From positions 1 to 8,473 of the forward strand of contig BAAFSQ010000377.1 of assembly GCA_054661495.1 (NCBI GenBank): DNA of 8,473 nt. Reading direction: 5' to 3'. The notes beneath the pieces are model-generated. The model did not search any database. It saw only the letters and a program-made list of their open reading frames with translations, and was not told the DNA's origin. The position numbers and the translations under genes are program-made. Shown here piece by piece: positions 1-7,809 of this stretch. Origin of the DNA: Zygophlyctis sp. KS116. Its lineage: Eukaryota > Fungi > Chytridiomycota. Each line of letters begins with the position of its first letter. Positions within the stretch are counted from its first letter, which is position 1.

Positions 1-297
1 ACTACTCAGGATCGCAGTGTTTTTGATAAAGAATTTGAAAGAGCTTATGGTAAACTTTTAGCAATCGGGGAAGCAAATCAAGATTTCGTGGATGATACTC
101 CTATCCAAGTTTGTCCAGATATAAATGGCCCCACTCCATCTTCGACTGTGATGCCTCCAACTACTTCAACATCACCAATACTCCCTGTATCTCCGACAGT
201 GGATATACCAGGCGAGGACTCTCGTAAACACTCATCAACAAGAAATCCTTCAAAAAATGATTCAAAGAAAAGGGAAAAGAGCCGAAAAGGAGTTTAG
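1..297 (+). CDS. 3' end of a gene entering from the left; possibly a heme peroxidase (cytochrome c/ascorbate peroxidase-like) with a Pro/Ser/Thr-rich then basic C-terminal tail
   Basis: Frame 1 is open from base 1 to TAG 295-297: TTQDRSVFDKEFERAYGKLLAIGEANQDFVDDTPIQ...SRKGV*. The segment QDRSVFDKEFERAYGKLLAIG resembles the last helix of non-animal heme peroxidases (pattern like DQDxFFxDFxxAFxKLLxxG). Only ~25 aa are informative, so the product call is tentative. Confidence 0.45.
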   Translation, partial: TTQDRSVFDKEFERAYGKLLAIGEANQDFVDDTPIQVCPDINGPTPSSTVMPPTTSTSPILPVSPTVDIPGEDSRKHSSTRNPSKNDSKKREKSRKGV

Positions 298-445
298 CTT
301 GTATTATTTTTTAAAACTTTGGCTTCTTCCTCTTAATGGGGCGAGTCAGAAAGTCAATTAAAAACTATTGTATTTAAGTCTTTGATTAATTGCATTATCA
401 GAGTAATTGCAAATTGAGAAATTATCGGGTTTTTACAAATTTCCA

Positions 446-1668
446 ATGTTTACGGCGCCGTTTCCAAAGAAGAAGAGCATGTTTAGCACTCCTCAACCGA
501 CAAAGTTGGTAAAGCCAGAATGGAACTCATCAGGAAAATTAAAGTCAAAGAGTTTACATTCATCCCCAATGAAGACTCCTTCGACTCCATGCAAAAGGAA
601 AGATGCTGGGCCTCTGATTCATTTTATGCTTTTAAACAAGGAAAATCTCAATTGTCTAATACAGTCGTTGCCTCTCAGGAAGCAAGTGTATATTGACTAT
701 TTTTCTAATTTCACTCTACTGGGCGTCTTGGGCGAAGGGACTTTTGGAAAAGTATTTCATGTACTTGAAAATAAGTCTAGAAAGGAATATGCTATAAAGA
801 AACTGCAAACTCCATTTTCAGGTGTAAATGCCGTAGAAAGGTTTCAGGAATTAGAAATATTATGGAAGTTGGAAAGGTAATTTATTTTAAAATGTTCAAG
901 TAGACTGTCGTCAGCTGGCCTGCAAAAAGTATATACTACATTGTTATATGCTGTGTATGACCGACCTGCTTCAAGACATCGCGATTTGTATTCTAATATT
1001 TAGATCAGAGGCATGTGTACACTTGTATAATGCATGGATACAAGATGGATTTTTATATATGCAGATGGAATTATGTCCAGGAGGGAATTTATTGGATTAT
1101 TTGGAAAGGAGGGGTAAAGAAGGAGGTGTAGAAGAAGAGTTGGTATGGAAGATTTTTTTAATGGTTGGAAGAGTATATTAAAGTATTTTCTAAATTTTAA
1201 GGGATTGCGTGACATTCATCTCTTAAATATTGTACATTTAGATATTAAACCAGGAAATATTTTAATTGATTCAACTGGAATATTGAAAATTGGAGATTTT
1301 GGGCATGCTGCAAAATGTCCAGTGGTATTTTTAAAAATTTTAACTAAAATAAGATTAATCCAGATGAGCATGAAGGAGATAGAACATATCTTGCTCCTGA
1401 ATTTTGGAATAGTAGTCATGTTGGAGCACCAGCAGACATATTTAGTCTTGGGCTTATAGGTTTAGAGGCAGCAGCAAACATCATTCTTCCAGAAAACGGA
1501 CCTCAATGGGCTGCTCTTCGTGAGTCGGATTTTTCTGTCGTAGAGTTTGGAAATACTTCATTGGCACTTATAGATTTAATCTCTAGCATGCTCATACCTG
1601 ATCCCCAAAAAAGACCTTCTGCATCAGATATTCTCTCACATCCTCTCATCAAGAAATACTCGGTATAA
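446..1668 (+). CDS. WEE1: Wee1/Myt1-family CDK-inhibitory protein kinase, 345 aa; exons 446-876, 1004-1172, 1202-1324, 1354-1668
   Basis: Spliced product has GEGTFG, YAIKK, HLDIKPGN, KIGDFG, the Wee1-family EGDRTYLAPE activation segment, ADIFSLG and LPENGPQWAALR. Introns 877-1003 (127 nt), 1173-1201 (29 nt), 1325-1353 (29 nt) are GT-AG and restore frame; exons sum to 1038 nt ending TAA. First ATG is 446 (the ORF-track start at 407 is TTG); ATG 479 is an alternative. Confidence 0.9.
877..1003 (+). other. Unusually long (127 nt) first intron of the Wee1 gene with a predicted extended hairpin at 892-979
   Basis: GTAATT donor after ...GAA AG; CTAAT branch-like motif and TTTAG acceptor; joining gives WKLER-SEACVHLYNAW, continuous kinase subdomain III-IV sequence. 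Complementary segments are listed in findings. Confidence 0.8.
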
Positions 1669-1672
1669 GAAT

Positions 1673-2646
1673 TTATTCGTCAACTCGATCTTGGCGTGCT
1701 GCATTTGAAAGCTTCAATGTTCGATAGCCTTCATAGAGTACATCATGCGTAATTTCCTTAAAATCATCCAAATGAGTAGAGAAAAGCACTTTACGAAGCA
1801 TAGAATAATCACTATGTTTTGGATTCTCGACTATAATCAGTTTAAATCAGATTACCAGAGACAACTCCCCAAGGGTATTTTCGACAGCGAATTCCATCTT
1901 CTTCATTATCAGCACCCAATACAGCAAAAGGCAATGCAGATCTTAACTGCTTATTTTCTTCAATAATGTCTTCATCATCTTCCTCTTCATATATTGGAAA
2001 ATTGAAAAAAGGAAGTTGATTTACCTGTAAATCTTCCTGAATCTATATTTCTCTTTAATAAAATACCATACCTTTTTCTTAAAATCAATCAATTCTCTTG
2101 GTGTTAAGCTATCAGATTTAGCGATTACTGGCAAGATATTTGCTCTTGAACCTAATTTACGAATAAAAGTAATATCAACTTCTCTTAGACCATGTCCATT
2201 GGGGGTTAAAAAGTACAAAATACAATGGACTCGAGAATCTACAGATTTTGTATTTCTCTTGACTCGAGCCTCTTCATTTAACACTGCATCATACTGTTTT
2301 TCGACATAAGAAAGAATTTCTTGAAAACTATAGAGTTATTGAGCATTGAGTACCTTGGTTCATTATTTATATGATCTCCGAATCCTGGAGTATCCAAGAC
2401 TGTTAAAGAAATACGATCAAACTCTTTTGGTTAATTAAGTAAAATACCAGTATTGTAAGAAGAAATAGAGACAGTTTTATCAAAAGAAATAGATTCTGGA
2501 TCCGAATAATCCTTTTTCGGCATTACAATCCCCTCGCACAATGTATTAATAAAAGTAGTTTTTCCAGATCCCGATGGACCGACAACCATTAAATTGAAAG
2601 TGACTCCCTTCTTCTTTATTTTCTGCTTTCGAATGACGGTTGCCAT
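1673..2646 (-). CDS. CDC11: Septin, Cdc11-like, 289 aa; exons 2646-2448, 2423-2354, 2327-2072, 2042-1856, 1830-1673
   Basis: Polybasic RKQKIKKK, G1 GPSGSGKTT followed by FINTLC, G3 DTPGFGD, DSRVHCILY, G4 AKSD, septin unique element RKYPWG...THDVLYEGYR. Introns 2424-2447 (24 nt), 2328-2353 (26), 2043-2071 (29), 1831-1855 (25), all GT-AG; exons sum to 870 nt. Subfamily call is from recalled similarity to yeast Cdc11 and is less certain than the septin call. Confidence 0.9.
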
Positions 2647-2731
2647 GATTAAGATTTTAGGAAACTTGAAGGTCTAAAGTCCTTGCCAAACTCTGACTCT
2701 AAAACGGTGGGAAATTACTCCTGCTTAAGTC

Positions 2732-2780
2732 CCAAGAAAAATTTTACTTCTCAAGTCCTTTTACCAAGAAAAATTTTACT
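2732..2780. repeat. Perfect 17-bp direct repeat CCAAGAAAAATTTTACT (2732-2748 and 2764-2780) in the ARV1-septin intergenic region
   Basis: Read directly from the sequence; each copy has AAGTCC at or just before its start. Confidence 0.9.
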
Positions 2781-2793
2781 GTTTACTGTTAAT

Positions 2794-3485
2794 CTACATC
2801 AAAATAATCTCCAATCGTGAATCATACATTTTAAATATATATTGCACAATCGCCTTTACTCCCATTCCAAACACTAAAAGAATAATAGATTCTAGTCTAG
2901 ATATTTTCAACATTACTTGTATTAAATTATTAATATACCTGATAATGCAACACTATTTGTCATAAAAATAACTAGTCCAAATAACCAGGAATATTCAAGA
3001 TCATTATAATCCCATATACTTAAACATAACAATAATAATTTTCCAAATGAGGATATAACTAGTGCACAAGATATATCATCTAGAGCATTTGATCTATAAA
3101 TATAATAAATAAAAATTCGAAGTCCAAAATGATAGATTGTAAATTCTAAAAAGCATAATACAAAAAGATAAAAATATTGAAGTAGGAAATTATCCATATG
3201 CATTAATGACCATCGCGCATATACTTCAAACAAGATTAATAGTAGATACAATCGTTTAGAAAAAGATATTAATTTGTCTCTTGATAAGCTTTGATTTAAG
3301 AGTAAATGTCTGTAAACGGCCGGTTTTTGAAGTAGCATATCTAAAAATATGATTATAAATTCATTTTCAATGTACTTATCAGCAAATTCACCGCACTTGT
3401 TGCATTTTATGAGTTGAACATTTCCTTTTCCGTATGATTGGGTGAGAGCAGATACAGAGTTTCCACAGGAGATGCAAACTGGCAT
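2794..3485 (-). CDS. ARV1: ARV1-family ER membrane protein (sterol homeostasis / GPI biosynthesis), 222 aa; exons 3485-2939, 2915-2794
   Basis: N-terminal CISC...CNKC zinc motif, ADKYIE, LDMLLQKPAVYRHLLLN (Arv1 homology domain), hydrophobic segments and IWDY. A 23-nt GT-AG intron at 2916-2938 extends the ORF to ...ALSVMLKISRLESIILLVFGMGVKAIVQYIFKMYDSRLEIILM* (TAG 2796-2794), adding a final hydrophobic helix; exons sum to 669 nt. Confidence 0.9.
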
Positions 3486-3564
3486 TGAATCCTAGAGTCT
3501 CACCCCAGCCTAACTCTTATATTTGATGGCTGATAACTGATGATGTCAGCACCCGGAGTTTAAA
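3486..3564. promoter_or_regulatory. 79-bp divergent intergenic region, presumed bidirectional promoter for ARV1 and CFAP299
   Basis: Lies between two head-to-head ATGs (3485 on -, 3565 on +). Function is inferred from position only. Confidence 0.55.
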
Positions 3565-4335
3565 ATGAGTCAAGAGATCTCTGATATGATTGCTACTACG
3601 TCCGAATCTACAGTCACAGAGTTTGCCACTTATGAGGAATACTTGGATTCACAAATCACTGATAACGATCTGTATTATTTGGAAGATAAGGAATTGGCAA
3701 GGCAATTGGTAGAATTGGGATACAGAGGATCAGGAGAAACTCTAAAAAGGGAAGAGTTTATTACTAGAAAGAAGGCTGCAGAAAACTTTAGATTATCAAA
3801 GAGGATGGCAACAAAAGTATTATCTTCACAAGGTAAAAATCTAGGCGCTTACCCATTTTTAAGTGCATTAGCAGAGAGAGAAGAGGCTAATAGAAATGGG
3901 AAATTAAATGTATATTATTGCTATATTAATTTTAAAAGACTATTATTTTTGTTCGGACAACAAATTCAAAAGGGCAAGAAATTAGTGGGTATATTGATTA
4001 TGCTCATAGGCTTAAAACGGATAATTTTGATCTCTACTTTAATAGATCAAAGATTTTGACTCCAAAGACATCTGATATGAGTTTTTATAATTGGGAAACT
4101 CAAACTTGTACAAATAATCAATCGCCTAATTTTCAACCAATTGCTGATAATGAAAATGGACTCTTGTTCAAGAATAAAAGGGATCGCAAAATGATAAATG
4201 TTGATCCAAAGGTAGTTTTAAAGAATTTATTTTTAGGAGTCCAGTCCTGGAGATAACACTACACGTGTTGTTGTCAAAACAAATGAACATATCCAAGTAG
4301 TCTTTTACGATCATTTGATTAGAAGGAAAAGCTAA
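3565..4335 (+). CDS. CFAP299: Cilia- and flagella-associated protein 299 (C4orf22 / DUF4464 family), 238 aa; exons 3565-3909, 3939-4211, 4237-4335
   Basis: Recognisable motifs [89 protein letters not shown]. Introns 3910-3938 (29 nt) and 4212-4236 (25 nt) are GT-AG and phase 0. Confidence 0.9.
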
Positions 4336-4392
4336 TCTATAATTTTTTATTTATTCCTAAAAAATATGTATTAAAAAGGAGAAATTAAAATT

Positions 4393-7300
4393 CTAATGTC
4401 TTCGGTCTCCTGGACGACGATTGGATTGAACGTTTCGATTCCATCCAATATTTCCAGATCGGCCTCTTGCCCATTCAGATTGGCTGACAAATTCTGAGCT
4501 ACTTTGAGAGTTCTGAACAAGAGAATTCAAGAATCCACCAGACTGGTTTGGTCTATTATCTTGAGTGTTTACATGACTCATCTGCTGTGTCGCATAACTA
4601 TCTTGGTAATTTGCAGAATTAGAAAAATGCTGCTGGTGACTATATCCAGATTGGTCATAGTCTTCCCGTGATCTAGAATTATGCTGATAATTTGATGAAT
4701 TAGAATAGTTTCGTTGATTAGAATGATAATCAGATTGATAATTCCCTCGCGAATTTGATCGCGATGACTCAAAACTTTGGTTGCCAGACTGATGATATGA
4801 TCTACTTTCCCGTGAATAATTATCATTCCTTCTATTATTGTAAGATGAATTGGGCGAATATCCACTTCCATACTAAATTATCAAAAAAAAGGAAAATACA
4901 CTTTCGGATGAATGACGAGATGACTGATATTCAGATCGCCTTGGTCTTTTTTGCGTATCTTCATCTCTATTTCTATATTCATGAGAATCTCTAACTCTTC
5001 TTGTATCATATCCATATGCCTCTGGATTTGGTGCTATTCCATGCCTAACATAAATGATTAAAATCTTACTTGATAAATCTTGCTGCAGATTCTCTATTGT
5101 TATCAGACTCATTTCTGTTTCCTCGTTTTCCATGTGAGTTTCTCCCGTGAAAGTTGATTCTAATGTCACGTTTGTCAAACTCGTCCAATACAGGCTTGGG
5201 AATTTGTACAGCCTTTAATAATTGGGCCTTAAAAATGTAACTTTCCGGATATTCAGGCATGTGATAATATACTCTAAGCATAAATAATGATTTCACTTAC
5301 GAAATGGAGTGATTGTCTTCAATATGCTCTTGTCCTAAATAAAATAGCGGAGATTCAATGGTACTGCCTGGAAGACATATATCTTGATGCGGTTCATATG
5401 ATCCTTCAAAATAAGAGCCATTTTTTCGTTTAAGAAGAAGGGCAGTATCTCCTTTCTTTCCATATGCCTTACACAAATCTTCAAAAATAGGGTTCCGAAT
5501 AGAAACAACCAATTCTTCTTCGCCTTTGGAGTTTCTTATTGTCTCCTCTTCGGTCAGTTTTTCGTATAATGGTCGTACGGCATTCAAAAGACGATCTTCA
5601 TCAATGAATGGAAGTAAAGCGACACCTTGAAATTAATAGTATCTTTAAGTACCTTGCCATGCATGCTTTTTCCCATTCATGTCAATTGGAAAGTTTACAG
5701 GATAAAAATCAATAATTGGGGAAGATTCATCTTCCATAAGCCATCTTAACGGTTCTGGAATATGTTCCTTACTTGCAGCTGGAAGTACACCCATCAACTG
5801 CTCAATAGGCTTAAATGGAGTACCCAATTCAAACTTGATCGACAATTTACCAATTGAAGTAAAGTCAGAAGCAAATGGTGCATAGTGGTATGGGAAATAC
5901 CACTTCCACGATTGAACCCCTTGATAATAATATTTGAGAACCCAGCAAAGACCTTCAACATATGCGTTAACAACACTATTATCAAATTATAAAGAAATAT
6001 CGTACCTATTTCTGAATTGAACATTGTCCAACGTGACCTCAAATTTGTTTCTATAATATCTCTCCTTCCATCCAGACTCCCAAAGCCGTACATTATCTTC
6101 TGGCTCCGCTTCTTCTTCAAGCTCAATTTTTTCTCTTGGAGGGATTGGCTCTCCAACTTCTTCGGGGATATCATCATCTATCACAGACTCCAAAATAGGA
6201 ATATCAGCCTTATTTGGTAAAACTTCGGATTCTTCCAATATCTCTTCTGTCTCATCTGCCTCAAATTGCTCATCACTTTTGCGCTTAATTCCAGCTGATA
6301 CTTGAGTTTCTGAAAGTGATGCCTTGAGACGTTCCGCGGCCGCTTTATTATCCTCTAAACTTGCCCCTGCTGCCGAACGTTCCGTCACTTTGACACTTAC
6401 TTGTTGAATAGTTTCCATTGACACAGAATTATAAATTTCAGGAGCCTCTTCTTCTTTAGAGATATTTGTCTGACTTCTCGATTGAGCATCTAACCTTTGT
6501 TTTATACGATTTTGGCGCCTTTTTTCTTCAATATCTCTGCGTTTTTGAAATACTTGATCTTCAAGGAGACCTAAATGATCCATCATCTTTTCTACTCTTC
6601 CCAAATGTATTCTTCCTGAATCTGTGAGATATCCTCCCCATTCTGATATATTCTTTTTCCAGATACCTATCAGTGTATCAATTGCTCCTTCTCTGATTTC
6701 AAGCGAAGGTAAATGAGGTAGAAAATCATTTCCAACAAAAAAACACATAAAAACCCAATCATCCAGTGCTCTTTCCAAAGAAGGCTTAAAGGATAAATCC
6801 AAAACCTCCATTTCTACTGCCAAATACTCGCGAAGTATACATACATGAAGAAACACAAATGGTTTTTTGGTAATTGCTACAGTCTTTTCATCAAACTCTC
6901 CTACTTTTTCCTTTACTTTCCCCGTACAAGAAGATGCATAATGACCTTTTTGACCACAAATAAAACATTTTTGATCTTTTCCTTCATTAAAAAAAACATC
7001 TTCTCGAAGGATATGAAATCTAGGTTCATGTGTTGCTAATGCCAACATTATCAAATCAGCATCAAGACCATATAAAACATGTGAAGTATTTGGATTATAA
7101 TCTGCAGTATTCCTCTGTCTTCTTATAAAATCCTAAATTTCTTAATTTCTCTTAAATTTACCATAATTTTATGTTCTCCTTCTCCAGGATAACTAGCATC
7201 AGACAATATAACTGAAACTTTTTTCCAACCAGGATCAGTATTTAATCTATTTTTTATATAATATCGTAAACAATGTGCTAAATGTGCCATAAAAGGAGTT

Positions 7301-7788
7301 CCAGGAGTAATACAATTAGAATCAAAATGCTGTTTAGATTCCATTTCAGGATATTCTCTTCCTTCATCTTTCCATAATTTCTTAATTTTTTCTTCTTCTT
7401 CTCTTTTTATAGTTTCTTCTTGAGCAGCTCTAAATCTCCTAGATCTTTGTTGATTCATTTTAGCTCTGGGAGCAACTCCATCTATAGCCATATAAATCAA
7501 CTTTCTAGGTCTAATCATAGCAAATATCCTATCAATATATTTGAATATTTCAATCATCATTTCATCTTCAGTATTCGGAGCTGGTTTATCTTCAGGATGA
7601 CAGCAAGGATGAATTATACCATTCATATCCAAATATAAATTATCAAATTCTTGTCCGTTTGGGTTCGGTCCACTAGAATCAACTGGAATTTCTAAATCAT
7701 CCATGAACTGACCATCTTCTTCTACTACTTGAGTAGTCACTTTTGGGTATTTGTTTGACAACCATCTAAAAAGTGCAGGAATTCCCAT
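4393..7788 (-). CDS. XRN2: 5'-3' exoribonuclease 2 (Rat1/Dhp1/Xrn2), 1076 aa; exons 7788-7162, 7132-6006, 5975-5653, 5625-5301, 5273-5070, 5044-4900, 4872-4393
   Basis: [11 protein letters not shown] start, [68 protein letters not shown] knuckle [57 protein letters not shown]. Six GT-AG introns: 7133-7161 (29), 5976-6005 (30), 5626-5652 (27), 5274-5300 (27), 5045-5069 (25), 4873-4899 (27); exons sum to 3231 nt. The knuckle and size indicate XRN2 rather than XRN1. The last two exons are low-complexity and less certain. Confidence 0.93.
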
Positions 7789-7809
7789 TCTATTTCTCAA
7801 TTTTGAAAC

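Noticed and set aside
877-1003. TPP riboswitch, box C/D snoRNA or Ire1-type intron as identity of the Wee1 intron structure
   Set aside because: No CTGAGA/TPP aptamer core, no C or D boxes on the sense strand, and boundaries are ordinary spliceosomal GT-AG.
1000-1966. ORF-track entries 1000-1215(-), 1216-1419(-) and 1745-1966(+)
   Set aside because: Antisense shadows of Wee1 or septin exons with no recognisable motifs.
3524-3586. TGATGA (3538-3543) and CTGA motifs suggesting a box C/D snoRNA
   Set aside because: The C-like box is inside a small stem, the downstream CTGA falls within the CFAP299 coding region, and no terminal stem or guide is evident.
4578-4994. Ile-rich ORF 4578-4871(-) and ORF 4755-4994(+)
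   Set aside because: Alternative-frame and antisense readings of the low-complexity XRN2 tail; composition follows from AAT/TAT/TCA codons in the true frame.
6017-7638. Plus-strand ORFs 6017-6220, 6845-7039, 7420-7638
   Set aside because: Short antisense ORFs within conserved XRN2 coding sequence.
7789-7800. ORF-track N-terminal extension MRNR on XRN2 (and 407 start for Wee1)
   Set aside because: These are TTG starts from a prokaryote-style caller; the conserved XRN start MGIP is at 7788.
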